IMG/VR virus record: IMGVR_UViG_3300027747_001183
Source of the DNA: a virus
Reading direction: 5' to 3' (one strand)
Length of the DNA: 64,000 bases
How positions within the stretch are numbered: the stretch's first letter is position 1; each line of letters starts with the position of its first letter. The notes under the pieces were generated by a model. It searched no databases. It had not been told where the DNA came from and worked only from the letters and a program-made list of their open reading frames with translations. Made by a program: the position numbers and the translations under genes. This document shows, one piece after another, positions 1-9,052 of the stretch.

Positions 1-272
1 CGATCAAGCCGCGAAGGCTAGATCATATGCATTGTTGTCGTTTGCATTTACGATTTTGCGTCAGTCTCGATCTCGTCTTTACTGCACCCGTCGATCCTAT
101 TTCGCCCCCATCAAAGATACACAAATAAAACAAGTATTAGTTGCTGTTCTATTTCTTGTCACCCTACCCTAAAGCAACAATCTCGCAGGGTGTTTGTGTA
201 TCCATGGTGGAGGCGGCGGGTACTGCCCCCGCGTCCAGCATGCCTATTCCACTAGATGTCAACGACATCAGC
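1..272 (-). ncRNA. ssrA: Two-piece (circularly permuted) tmRNA, alphaproteobacterial type; 3' end of the coding piece runs off the window
   Basis: Minus strand reads acceptor piece ...GACGCGGGGGCAGTACCCGCCGCCTCCACCA (CCA ends at 205), an intervening segment 204-110, then GGGGGCGAAATAGGATCGAC from 109. G3:U70 pair present. Tag frame 45..4 = ANDNNAYDLAFAA*. Confidence 0.95.
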
Positions 273-277
273 AATTC

Positions 278-308
278 TATTTATACACTACTAGACGTTA
301 TATGTCAA
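278..308 (-). promoter_or_regulatory. Composite sigma70-like (TTGACA) and T4 late (TATAAATA) promoter for tmRNA
   Basis: Minus strand GTTGACATATAACGTCTAGTAGTGTATAAATAG directly upstream of the tmRNA. Confidence 0.7.
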
Positions 309-986
309 CCGGTATTTTTCGCGGATGTCTAGTAGGTCCTTGACATAGTCATTCCGCTTCTTTACGAAGATCTGGGGTTCCTCGTCGTCGACCATTATCA
401 TGATGACGATCTGCGGTACTGGGATTCCAGTGAGTTCTTCATACATGATCGCGTATGCAGTGGCTTGACAGAAGTAGTTCAGGATCCACTTCTCTTCTTT
501 CAGCTTCTTGGAAGTCTTGAAGTCGATGATCGAGAGCCTACCGTTGTACTCTGCTACGAGGTCGACCGTACCTGCGAGCTTCAGGTAGTCAGAGTAGAGA
601 CGTACTTCTTGCATGTGCACGTTGTCGACGCACGCATCGAGGTGCCTGCGAAGCATCTTGAACTGGAACTGGTCATTCCAGTCGTATTCCGATGGATTGA
701 TTGGGTCGCCGTTGATGTAGTCCTCGCAGAGCGTATGCATGCGAGTACCTCGAGTAGCAGCTTTGTTCGAGATGCGCTCGGCTTCTTCTGCGCCGACTCG
801 CTTCTTCCACTTCTCGATTGCTTCCTTACCGAGAAAGCCGACTACCGTAGTAGCCGATGGATATAGAGCTCCGGCAGGAGTCTTGTAGTACCTGCCGGAG
901 TCCGTATTGATCTGCTCTAGTTCTGATATCTCATGGTTCCTAAGAACCTTAGTGAAAGACTTTCGGCTGTCTAACCATTCCGCCAT
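291..986 (-). CDS. PD-(D/E)xK exonuclease (T4-like phage exonuclease)
   Basis: YPSATTV, RGTRMH and LAGTVDLV..IIDFKTS motifs. Confidence 0.85.
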   Translation of the reverse strand: MAEWLDSRKSFTKVLRNHEISELEQINTDSGRYYKTPAGALYPSATTVVGFLGKEAIEKWKKRVGAEEAERISNKAATRGTRMHTLCEDYINGDPINPSEYDWNDQFQFKMLRRHLDACVDNVHMQEVRLYSDYLKLAGTVDLVAEYNGRLSIIDFKTSKKLKEEKWILNYFCQATAYAIMYEELTGIPVPQIVIMIMVDDEEPQIFVKKRNDYVKDLLDIREKYRLTYNV

Positions 987-1737
987 CGCTCTGTACCACC
1001 ATCACTTTAGGATTTTCATAGTTTTCTTTGCGGATGATGAACTCCTTCACCAGTCCGGATCTAACGATGTCGTCGACCATCATCTCTACGCTAGAGAAGT
1101 AGCGCTTCATACTTGCAATGATCTTCATGAAGTGGAAGATACCGGAGCGCTCGTCGTCGTACTTAAGGTCAGTCTGCCTGTAGTCACCGCAGAAGATTAC
1201 CTTTGAGTTCTTGCCCATGCGAGTAACGATTGTGCAGAGCTCGTGGTATGTCATGTTCTGGCACTCGTCGACTATCACTATGGTATTGTCGATTGTAATG
1301 CCGCGAAGAAACGAGGATGTCTCAAAGCTGATGACTCCTTTCTGCTTTAAGATCTCATAGGCGTCTGCACGACCATACAGCTCAGCGCAGATGCCTGCAT
1401 ATGGTGCCTCGTATACCTTTGATTTTTCCTTGATAGATCCGGGCAGGAAGCCCATGTCTCTTGATGGTACCACCGACCTAATGATCATGATACTGTGGTG
1501 TTCTTTGAACTTCTCAATCTCATTCAGAGAGAGGTATAGCGAAAGGAATGACTTTCCGGTCCCTGGTAGACCGTGAATTAGAAGGTTCTTGCCGTTTACG
1601 AATTCCTTGAAGATCTGCTCTTGATTGTTTGTCTTAGGGGATATACTCTTTAGGACTAAGTTGTTCTTTTGTTGTTGTGACTCCTGACGCTTGCTCTGCT
1701 TGTTTTGTCTTTTTTCAGCGCGGGTTAGCTTGTCCAT
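949..1737 (-). CDS. phoH: PhoH-family ATPase
   Basis: GLPGTGKS Walker A, GFLPG, FLRGIT, IVDECQN, GDYRQTDL, DIVRSGLVK. Confidence 0.95.
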   Translation of the reverse strand: MDKLTRAEKRQNKQSKRQESQQQKNNLVLKSISPKTNNQEQIFKEFVNGKNLLIHGLPGTGKSFLSLYLSLNEIEKFKEHHSIMIIRSVVPSRDMGFLPGSIKEKSKVYEAPYAGICAELYGRADAYEILKQKGVISFETSSFLRGITIDNTIVIVDECQNMTYHELCTIVTRMGKNSKVIFCGDYRQTDLKYDDERSGIFHFMKIIASMKRYFSSVEMMVDDIVRSGLVKEFIIRKENYENPKVMVVQSDGGMVRQPKVFH

Positions 1738-1754
1738 GAGGGTTCCTTTATGGG

Positions 1755-1994
1755 TTACCAGGTATTGATCTTATTCGACCTCCCACTTGCCTTCTTCACT
1801 CTTTTCAAAACATCACGAAACCCCGCATCAGGCTTACGAAGGCCCAATCGGGTCGGGTCCGCCATAGCGGGAGCTCTTGATATGAATTGTTCTAGATGAG
1901 GGTTCTCAGCCTTGTATGCGTCGAGCTGAGATATAGGCATGTCCACTTCGAACTCTCTGTTCGTCTTAGTATCTCTGAATGAATAGTTAGCCAT
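1755..1994 (-). CDS. Conserved T4-like hypothetical protein (FmdB-like, upstream of phoH)
   Basis: ORF with RKPDAGFRDVLKRVK motif; position next to phoH. Confidence 0.6.
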   Translation of the reverse strand: MANYSFRDTKTNREFEVDMPISQLDAYKAENPHLEQFISRAPAMADPTRLGLRKPDAGFRDVLKRVKKASGRSNKINTW

Positions 1995-2181
1995 TCGTGT
2001 CTATGCCCTTAGACATCCAGTAAGCTGTGATGTCGTCTTTATTTATAGGATTAAAGCCTTGTAGAACCATCTCAGCTTTTACGTAGTCGCTTAGGTAGAC
2101 TGGACCGTCCATCTTGCCTTTCAGACTCTCCATCATCTCGTCGAACTGTTCCTTGTCGGTCTCAGTTAGCATTCGTTCCAT
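1987..2181 (-). CDS. Hypothetical protein
   Basis: Tightly packed ORF in operon. Confidence 0.6.
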   Translation of the reverse strand: MERMLTETDKEQFDEMMESLKGKMDGPVYLSDYVKAEMVLQGFNPINKDDITAYWMSKGIDTNG

Positions 2182-2356
2182 TGACTATTTCCTTTAGTTT
2201 TGGGTGCATCCTTACCAGCGCTTCTGGCTCAAACAAGTGGAACACGTATACTGTCTCCCTGACGCCAGCCTCACGGCCGGTCAGATAGTAGTACACCGCG
2301 ACTGGTATAAGTAAGGCAGTATAGAAGATAGCAAACAGTACCGTTTCAGTCGTCAT
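2162..2356 (-). CDS. Small membrane protein
   Basis: N-terminal hydrophobic helix; operon packing. Confidence 0.6.
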   Translation of the reverse strand: MTTETVLFAIFYTALLIPVAVYYYLTGREAGVRETVYVFHLFEPEALVRMHPKLKEIVNGTNAN

Positions 2357-2525
2357 ATGAGAGGAGCCTGTCTAGGTTCTTTGCCCTTAGTGCGTTGTCG
2401 TAGTTTCTAAGCTTCTTGCTGGATCTTTCTCTCTTTATTTCTTTGAAAGAAACTTGATTCTCATCAACAAAATTCTTCTTCTTATTCTTAGTAACCAACT
2501 TTTGAAGGTTAGCGTAGCGAGTCAT
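2346..2525 (-). CDS. Small basic hypothetical protein (59 aa, not in ORF track)
   Basis: Translated by hand: MTRYANLQKLVTKNKKK...RLLSYDD*; ATGA overlap with upstream gene. Confidence 0.6.
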   Translation of the reverse strand: MTRYANLQKLVTKNKKKNFVDENQVSFKEIKRERSSKKLRNYDNALRAKNLDRLLSYDD

Positions 2526-2935
2526 GCTGGAAATAGCTCCGGAAATGCTGCTACTGCGACGTCCTTGGTGAGACCCTTGTATGGACTCTTCTTGTCCTTC
2601 ATCGATAATAAGAGGTCTGCATCTTCTGGATGTATTGCCTCTAAGATCTGGATGAACAGAGACTCGCGCTTGAGCGGGTTCATGTCTGGGCTAAGACCCT
2701 CGATAAAGAGATAGAGCTTGCGAGCCTCGCGGTGCAGCATGTTGTGCTCGTCGAACTGCGAGTACTTGAACGGAGGCTTACCTTCTGGAAGAAGGAACTT
2801 AGCGTCCGGGTGAAACATGTACTGAAGGATGATCTTGCAGGGTTCGTTGCAGTTCTGGCGAAGGGCTTCTACGCGCTCTTCCTTCTTCTTGAACTCACTG
2901 CACTTCTTTAAGATCTCTGATACGCTCATTACCAT
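2522..2935 (-). CDS. Conserved T4-like hypothetical protein downstream of rnh
   Basis: LPEGKPP..KRESLFIQILEAIHPEDA motif; synteny. Confidence 0.75.
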   Translation of the reverse strand: MVMSVSEILKKCSEFKKKEERVEALRQNCNEPCKIILQYMFHPDAKFLLPEGKPPFKYSQFDEHNMLHREARKLYLFIEGLSPDMNPLKRESLFIQILEAIHPEDADLLLSMKDKKSPYKGLTKDVAVAAFPELFPA

Positions 2936-3774
2936 TAAAAGTCTCCCACGCTTTCCATCATGTTCTTTAGCTTGTACGATATGAAGTAGTTGAACAGCTT
3001 GCTCCTGTCCTTGCCACCCTCTTCATGGTATTTATCGATGACCGCTTTTCTGATGTCCTGTGGGATGAACCCAAGATCGATCAGCTGCTGGTTACGGTTC
3101 CAGTTGCGCTGCATCGCGATGGCCGACCGGTCAAAGAAGAACTCGTCCATCTTCTTCTGTGTCATAGGCTTCTGACGCTTGTCAGTGACGAAAGTATCGT
3201 CGTCTGACAAGATGTTAGGTACACCGTCGCCGGCATCACCCTTGAGGATGTGCTCAAAGAGGTAGCGGTTTGGATCGTCGCTTTGTATCATCTTCTTGCG
3301 TACTGGATCGTACTGCTTTACGTTAGGGTAGCGATGGAGCTGTATGAAGTCCTTATCGCCGGACAAGATAACGATTTCTTCAGTGCGGTCTTCGCTGAAC
3401 TCTACTACTAGAGTTGCAATGATGTCGTCTGCCTCGGCAGTGTCGATCTGGATCATGCGGTACGGGAAGTTCTCTCGGATCTCAGCCTTGAGCTTTCCGA
3501 AGTACTCAAAGATAGTCGTCCAGTCGAGCTCTGACTTGTCGCGAGCTTTCTTGCGATTTGCCTTATAGTACGGGAATACCTGACGACGCCAGAAGTTCTT
3601 GTCGTCGCATGCAATGACCATCTCACCGTAGTCCTTAAACTTAGTGCGGTACCCACGGAGTGAGTTGATGACCATGTGACGGAATAGGCTCTCTTCGATC
3701 TGGATGTTTGTATGGTTACCAATCTGAGCCATAAGATTGGAGATCATGACTTGCTGAAAGTCCACGATAATCAT
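2935..3774 (-). CDS. rnh: T4 RNase H (5'-3' exonuclease/FEN)
   Basis: IVDFQQ, WRR..YYKANRKK, EADDIIA, SGDKDFIQL, GDAGDGVPN. Confidence 0.95.
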   Translation of the reverse strand: MIIVDFQQVMISNLMAQIGNHTNIQIEESLFRHMVINSLRGYRTKFKDYGEMVIACDDKNFWRRQVFPYYKANRKKARDKSELDWTTIFEYFGKLKAEIRENFPYRMIQIDTAEADDIIATLVVEFSEDRTEEIVILSGDKDFIQLHRYPNVKQYDPVRKKMIQSDDPNRYLFEHILKGDAGDGVPNILSDDDTFVTDKRQKPMTQKKMDEFFFDRSAIAMQRNWNRNQQLIDLGFIPQDIRKAVIDKYHEEGGKDRSKLFNYFISYKLKNMMESVGDF

Positions 3775-3827
3775 TGTAAGGTTTCCACGTTTCTGATATA
3801 TGTATTATATATCTTTCAACTATAATG

Positions 3828-4178
3828 TCAACTTATATTGTCTTCTAGATTTTCAAGGTGCTTCTTTGCGGCGTCTGTGATGGTGATAGTCTGGTCTATG
3901 ATCGGGTGAAGCGAGTGCTCTAGGCCCTTGAACCTGTATGTGAACGCCTTGAGCGCTTCTTCTACGAAGACGATGTCCTTTATAGACTCCTGAGTAACAG
4001 CTCCGTTGAAGCCGAAGCTGGCTACTACTGCAGTGACTGCGTCCATCACGTCAGACACTACCTCGTCGCAGAAGTCCTGTCGGACCTGCATGAGATGCTC
4101 TTCCGTATCTGGAAATACGCCGTCGAAGCCCGTTCTGTTTGGGAATTGAATGATATTGGTCATGAAGACTCCTTTCAA
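3828..4178 (-). CDS. Hypothetical protein
   Basis: ORF preceded by TATAAATA (4185-4192). Confidence 0.65.
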   Translation of the reverse strand: MKGVFMTNIIQFPNRTGFDGVFPDTEEHLMQVRQDFCDEVVSDVMDAVTAVVASFGFNGAVTQESIKDIVFVEEALKAFTYRFKGLEHSLHPIIDQTITITDAAKKHLENLEDNIS

Positions 4179-4207
4179 GCTACCTATTTATAGCTATCTT
4201 GAGTCTA

Positions 4208-5299
4208 TCACTTGCTCGCCTTGAGTAGGATGGTATTCTCGTTGATCCTGCCGTTAGCCTCACCTTTCATCTCTTCGATTAGGCGCTTCTGCACGATCTT
4301 TCCGCCGGTAAGTACCGCCTGAAGCTTCTCGGCTGTTTTACGGCCGATCTTCATGGACTTAGAGGCTTCAGTATTAATACCGACCAAAGTAGTACCTCTA
4401 ATGCTAAGACCGCTAGGACCGTCAGCAACAAAGACGCTGAGAGTGCTGTACTTAGTGTTGAAAGTCCATAGGGTCTGTGCTCCGAGGACTGACTGCGGTG
4501 AGACTGACGTGAGCTTGTGTTCATTGCTGTCTTTCTGATACTTGAAGTTCTTTAGGATCTTGTCTGCAGAAGGTGCCTTGGTCTTGCGAGGTGCGCGTGC
4601 CTTCTTGACGTTGCCGCCGTACCGCAGCGCGTCATCGACTATCTTCTGGAGCATGGCTACCTTTGCGGCCAGCTGCTTCTTGGTGTAGTCAGAGTAGCCC
4701 TCGACCTTGCCGGCAGCTGCGAGCTGCATCTCTTCTAGGATCGGCTTATAGTACTCCACGATCTTAGAGGTGTACATGGCTGGGATCTCTTTTTTCTGCA
4801 GCCATGAGTACAGGTCAGTTGGCATATCAGCGTCGTAGAGGCACTCGATGTCACCGATGATGTCATAGCCGCGCTCTCTAATGCGGTCTTGGATAGAAGG
4901 CTTGTCAGCCTTTGGCTTCTCCTTTGGCTCGTCTGGAGTTGCCATCTTGATGGCCTCATGGATCATCTCCAGTGACCGCTGGTCGATCTTCTTTCCAAGG
5001 TTGGTGGCTATCCGACAGTTCCAAGCTGAGGTGAACGGGATCCAGTTGTCGGGAATGCGGGCCACCGGCTTAAGCAGCGATGGCTCGTTGACTGTAAGGT
5101 AGTCCTTGAGGTACTCGCGGGCCTCGTCCTTAGAGGCCATAGCGCCGTACCAAGAGTACGCCTTTGCAAAGTCAGAAACAGTCTTGAGCTTCTTAGAGTC
5201 AGGCTCGTCGCCGAGGTACTTGAAGTTTACGAGGTACGCCTCTGATCGAGTTACGCGCTGCTTCTTCTTTGTCTTGATGCTCAGTAGGGACTTAGCCAT
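4208..5299 (-). CDS. Conserved T4-like hypothetical protein
   Basis: Start reassigned to MAKSLL; C-terminal LWTFNTKY...NGRINENTILLK. Confidence 0.75.
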   Translation of the reverse strand: MAKSLLSIKTKKKQRVTRSEAYLVNFKYLGDEPDSKKLKTVSDFAKAYSWYGAMASKDEAREYLKDYLTVNEPSLLKPVARIPDNWIPFTSAWNCRIATNLGKKIDQRSLEMIHEAIKMATPDEPKEKPKADKPSIQDRIRERGYDIIGDIECLYDADMPTDLYSWLQKKEIPAMYTSKIVEYYKPILEEMQLAAAGKVEGYSDYTKKQLAAKVAMLQKIVDDALRYGGNVKKARAPRKTKAPSADKILKNFKYQKDSNEHKLTSVSPQSVLGAQTLWTFNTKYSTLSVFVADGPSGLSIRGTTLVGINTEASKSMKIGRKTAEKLQAVLTGGKIVQKRLIEEMKGEANGRINENTILLKASK

Positions 5300-5437
5300 T
5301 CTTACCTCTTTACCATTGTGATAGTGGTGCCGCCGTCCGGATGACGGTGCTGCTTGGATACGACGTACCCGAGCGACCTCCATTTGGCGATCGACTTATT
5401 TAAGTGTGTCTGAGACTTGCCCGTGAATGCGATTTTA

Positions 5438-5653
5438 TCAGACATCGACGTTACTCTCAAAGAACCGTACGTCTGCCGCCGTGGTGTAGTGGTCGAAGCG
5501 GTGTGCCAGCTCATCGGCAAGGCCGGTGATCTTGTCAAGGAAAGCGTTAGCCAATCCATAAGCCCTGCAGTCCATAGCTGCAGAGTAGTTGGCCTCCATG
5601 TGATCAAGAGCCGAGCGGATCTGATCGATGGTAAGGTAGTCGTACTTAGACAT
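5438..5653 (-). CDS. Early hypothetical protein
   Basis: Directly downstream of a repeated early promoter and GGAG RBS. Confidence 0.6.
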   Translation of the reverse strand: MSKYDYLTIDQIRSALDHMEANYSAAMDCRAYGLANAFLDKITGLADELAHRFDHYTTAADVRFFESNVDV

Positions 5654-5657
5654 GATG

Positions 5658-5880
5658 ATCTCCATTGCTTATATTATTAATATAAGCTTTTTTGATAAAA
5701 AAGTACACAAAAAAGTGAGCGGAATAAGAAAAAAAATTATGTAATCTTTTCAATGGCTTATAGAAACTTGCTCTAAGCCATTGAAAAGATTGACAAAAAA
5801 AAGTTCTTATTTTTTGAAAAAAACTGTGTACTTTTATTCGTAAATGTCGTATATTAATAATATAAGGAATGGAGTTAATC
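5658..5880. promoter_or_regulatory. Back-to-back pair of repeated early-promoter cassettes
   Basis: GTGTAC -35 / TATATT -10 / ATGGAG RBS on both strands; 18-bp inverted repeat at 5743-5760 and 5774-5791. Confidence 0.8.
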
Positions 5881-5881
5881 A

Positions 5882-6067
5882 ATGACTGATTTGGAACAGA
5901 CCCTCGAGTCTATCGAGTTTATCCAGCACAAGCTGGAACGAGACGTCGAGTGGATCCTGACGGAAAGCCTTCCCTACGAGGATGTCCGTCGCAAGGTAGT
6001 GGCAGCGCAGGTGGCCCTGAACGACCTGTATATCTACATCATGGACCAACAAAAGGAGAATGTCTAA
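5882..6067 (+). CDS. Early hypothetical protein
   Basis: Follows plus-strand cassette promoter and GGAG RBS. Confidence 0.65.
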   Translation: MTDLEQTLESIEFIQHKLERDVEWILTESLPYEDVRRKVVAAQVALNDLYIYIMDQQKENV

Positions 6068-6525
6068 TGATTACTTTCGCTAACTTTGCCGAAGCCACCA
6101 AGGACCTCGGTACCGCAGTAGAGCAGTCGAAGTCGGTGTACTTCATCAAGGCTGGCAAAGCTGGCCACGTGGAGTTCCACTCTAAGGATAACTACTTTGT
6201 GGCTGGTGCACGTGCTGGTAAGAACACAGCATCGGTAACTCAGGCCGCTAAAGAAGCCGGCTTCAAGGTCCTCCGCGAGCGGAAGGGCTGGACGGTGTTC
6301 GAGGGTGGATCTCTCGACGAGTACCGCAAGTTCTTCGGTGCGGTATCCTCGGCTTCGGTCTCCACTAAGACCGTCAAGATGTCCGACGTCGTCAAGCGCG
6401 TCGGTAAGGCTTTCGCCGAGAAGAAGACTGCCAAGGCAGCAGTCGACTCTGGTCTGATCAAGGCTAAGAACCTCGACACGATCAAGTCAGTAGCTGCTAA
6501 GCGCGCTGCCGCTCTGGTAGCTTAA
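6067..6525 (+). CDS. Basic Ala/Lys-rich early protein
   Basis: Start reassigned to MITFANF (AGGAG RBS); ends KRAAALVA. Confidence 0.7.
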   Translation: MITFANFAEATKDLGTAVEQSKSVYFIKAGKAGHVEFHSKDNYFVAGARAGKNTASVTQAAKEAGFKVLRERKGWTVFEGGSLDEYRKFFGAVSSASVSTKTVKMSDVVKRVGKAFAEKKTAKAAVDSGLIKAKNLDTIKSVAAKRAAALVA

Positions 6526-6670
6526 ATCCCCGAGAGGCTCGGGTCGCTGGTGGTCGAGTTCTGTGACTTAAAGAGTCTGGATCTCGACCATTACATCGAG
6601 GGTCTTACGTCGAGTGGACCGCTTGAGCCTTTCATAGTGGACAAGCTAGTCAAGTACCACCAAGAGTGGA

Positions 6671-7606
6671 TCAGGTAAGTAAGTTCCTCAGCAGGAACTC
6701 CCACTTAGTTGAGACGTTGCTGTCCCAGTTATAGGTGATATCAGTCCAAGTCTTCTGGAGTGCTAGGCGAGAGTCTGGCACTCCGTTCTTTGTTATGTGC
6801 TCGACTGTACCGTCCAGTACGCTGAAGAAGCGACTAGCATGATCGTTGTTGTCTTCTGACCACTGGTACATATTGGCAAAGTTACCGGTCGTCTCTGGCA
6901 GCGCAGCGTAGTTCGGGCAGACTACTATGTTCATGGCCGACATCGCCTCGATGGCTGCTAGGCAGCTGGTCTCAGGCCAAATGCTTGGATAAGCAAAGAC
7001 GTGGCTTCTCTTGAGCTCTTCTCTAATTCGCTCATTAGAGACGGCTCCATGGTAGTTAATCTTTGGGTGATTTCTGCAGCGTTCAAAAAGGTGTTCATAG
7101 GGAGCATCACGCTGGCTCCAGCCGTATATGCTAAAGCTCGAGAATACGTCCAGTACGACGTTGTCATGCCTTTCAGCAAGAGCCTCAAAAACTGGGACGA
7201 GGACTTCGAGTCCTCTGTGAGGCGTGGTGTGGTAGATGAAGCGGACTGTTCCATCGAACTCTTTCTTCTCAATGTCAATAGGAGTTATGGCATTCTTGAT
7301 GACGATCGACTCTTGGTAAGGTAGGCCGACGATTAGGTTGTACATCTGCATCTGCCAGTCAGACACGGCTACGATCTTCTTGAATCGCTTGCGAAGCTCT
7401 GGCTCTCTGAGGTGCTGGGACTCTGGGTCGTTTGGGAGGTCGTGAAGCCAGAGGATTGGAATTCGGTCGGGATCGATGTCCCTTACGCGACTCGGTATGA
7501 TCTGGAACTTATCCAGAAGGTCTGCAGGCAGCGTACCGTGGAGACGCTCGAGCATAAGCTCAGTGCCACCCCTTGAGTTCTTACTCAGCTCATTCACTTC
7601 AACCAT
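6671..7606 (-). CDS. Glycosyltransferase (GT-B, family 4-like)
   Basis: GGTE, LWLHD, YHTTPHRGL, YPSIWPETSCLAAIEAM. Confidence 0.9.
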   Translation of the reverse strand: MVEVNELSKNSRGGTELMLERLHGTLPADLLDKFQIIPSRVRDIDPDRIPILWLHDLPNDPESQHLREPELRKRFKKIVAVSDWQMQMYNLIVGLPYQESIVIKNAITPIDIEKKEFDGTVRFIYHTTPHRGLEVLVPVFEALAERHDNVVLDVFSSFSIYGWSQRDAPYEHLFERCRNHPKINYHGAVSNERIREELKRSHVFAYPSIWPETSCLAAIEAMSAMNIVVCPNYAALPETTGNFANMYQWSEDNNDHASRFFSVLDGTVEHITKNGVPDSRLALQKTWTDITYNWDSNVSTKWEFLLRNLLT

Positions 7607-7622
7607 AATAAAAAATCCTATT

Positions 7623-7958
7623 TCACTTCTTTGATTCTAAAAATCCAGGTAGCTTTATATTTACCTTCTCGTCTTGTACTCTCATGAGGAACCTAGCCGC
7701 TAGTGATAGGATACTCCATGAGCAGAAACCAAGCACTACTGAAGCAGCCATTTGGTTATCAGCAGTGCTTGTTATCTGAAAGTATTCGATGACGATTGGA
7801 GAGAAGACGATGGCCGCTGTAACGCTTAGACCAGATCTTATAGAAGCATCCCAGACGTTGCAGGGTCTATAAAAAGCCATGAAGGCAGCTCCACCGATTA
7901 GACCACCAAGTCCTGATAAAAGCTTTGCCATAAGTGGCGTAGTTAAAGGGTCAGACAT
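7623..7958 (-). CDS. Multi-pass membrane protein, holin-like
   Basis: Three hydrophobic segments and a charged C-terminus. Confidence 0.45.
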   Translation of the reverse strand: MSDPLTTPLMAKLLSGLGGLIGGAAFMAFYRPCNVWDASIRSGLSVTAAIVFSPIVIEYFQITSTADNQMAASVVLGFCSWSILSLAARFLMRVQDEKVNIKLPGFLESKK

Positions 7959-8066
7959 TGCACTCTCTTTTTTTGTTATTATTCTTATATATCAAAAAAA
8001 GTTACTCAGGCTTGTCAATATATTGACATTACTCTATGTGCCGAGTGTCAATTCCATTACAGTTAT

Positions 8067-8324
8067 TTATTGGATCTCAATTATCGAGTCCAGTCTGAAT
8101 GATCTCCAGCCCTCAGCCTCTACGTCCCACGCAGCTACTACTGAATCGTTCTCTCTGCGTTCCTTGACTGTATTGTTTGTCTCAGCCACAGTCTTAGTAG
8201 TCTGAGGTATCATCGACTGCATCAGCGTGCACTTCATTACTCGCTCAGAGCCGTCTGCTTTCTTGAACTTAACCGTCACGATCCTCTCGGAAAGCATATC
8301 GGTGATCTCAGCCTTAGATGTCAT
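8067..8324 (-). CDS. SH3/WYL-like beta-barrel protein (DUF2693-like)
   Basis: FKKADGSERVMKCT..WDVEAEGWRSFRLD. Confidence 0.75.
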   Translation of the reverse strand: MTSKAEITDMLSERIVTVKFKKADGSERVMKCTLMQSMIPQTTKTVAETNNTVKERRENDSVVAAWDVEAEGWRSFRLDSIIEIQ

Positions 8325-8562
8325 GCGCGTATCCTCCAGAAGTCTCTTCAACGTATTCTAACAACTCACCATATCCACCGACTTTCATGCCGTGTGCCAC
8401 CACGAGCGGTACCGTCTTCTGGTCTGGAAACTGCTCTAGAAACTCGTCCTTAGTAATGTCGATACCTAGCTGGATGTAGTTGTATGGGATCTTCCTGTAG
8501 TCTAGAAGCTGCTGAGCCTTTGTGCAGTACTCGCAGCCAGACCTACCGTATACGTCAATCAT
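8314..8562 (-). CDS. nrdC: Glutaredoxin
   Basis: CEYC, KTVP, VGGY. Confidence 0.9.
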   Translation of the reverse strand: MIDVYGRSGCEYCTKAQQLLDYRKIPYNYIQLGIDITKDEFLEQFPDQKTVPLVVAHGMKVGGYGELLEYVEETSGGYAHDI

Positions 8563-8839
8563 TTACTGTCGTCCTGTTCTTGCGATCATCTTGACGCTTC
8601 CATGGACCAAACGCACCAGAGTGGTTGCCTTCTACCTTAATAAAGCGCCTGTTAGTCTCATTCTTGTTTGGGTTTGGAATGGTTACCACCGTGCGCTTTC
8701 CGCGAGACCAGAACTTTAGCTGGTCCATTATCTTGTCGACTGCCGTACGGTCTTGACGTACTGACTTGAGAGTCTCTTTGCTGACACTCGGGTACTTACC
8801 CTTAGATACGTACTTAGCGCGCTTTGATTTACCTGCCAT
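8555..8839 (-). CDS. Conserved basic hypothetical protein
   Basis: TIPNPNKNETNRRFIKV motif. Confidence 0.65.
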   Translation of the reverse strand: MAGKSKRAKYVSKGKYPSVSKETLKSVRQDRTAVDKIMDQLKFWSRGKRTVVTIPNPNKNETNRRFIKVEGNHSGAFGPWKRQDDRKNRTTVND

Positions 8840-8842
8840 GAT

Positions 8843-9052
8843 CTAGTCCTCTGTTACATTATTAATGTTTGTCTGCCAGACGCCTACGCACTGTATACAC
8901 TTCATGTATATGGTGCTCTTGTCTGGGTGAACGGGGTTGTTTACGTAGTCTATTAAGACTAGACCTCTATTGCCGTTCTTACACCTTGGACACTCCCCGA
9001 CGATAACTGGAACGCTACCGTCGAGGTATACCCTTATATCGCCTTCACTCAT
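8843..9052 (-). CDS. Small zinc-ribbon protein
   Basis: CPRC...CIQC. Confidence 0.55.
   Translation of the reverse strand: MSEGDIRVYLDGSVPVIVGECPRCKNGNRGLVLIDYVNNPVHPDKSTIYMKCIQCVGVWQTNINNVTED

Noticed and set aside
141-332. 63-aa plus-strand ORF
   Set aside because: Antisense shadow of the tmRNA gene
5646-5882. ORFs spanning promoter cassettes (also 29395-29637 and 54750-54965)
   Set aside because: They translate AT-rich regulatory repeats and lack RBS or protein-like composition
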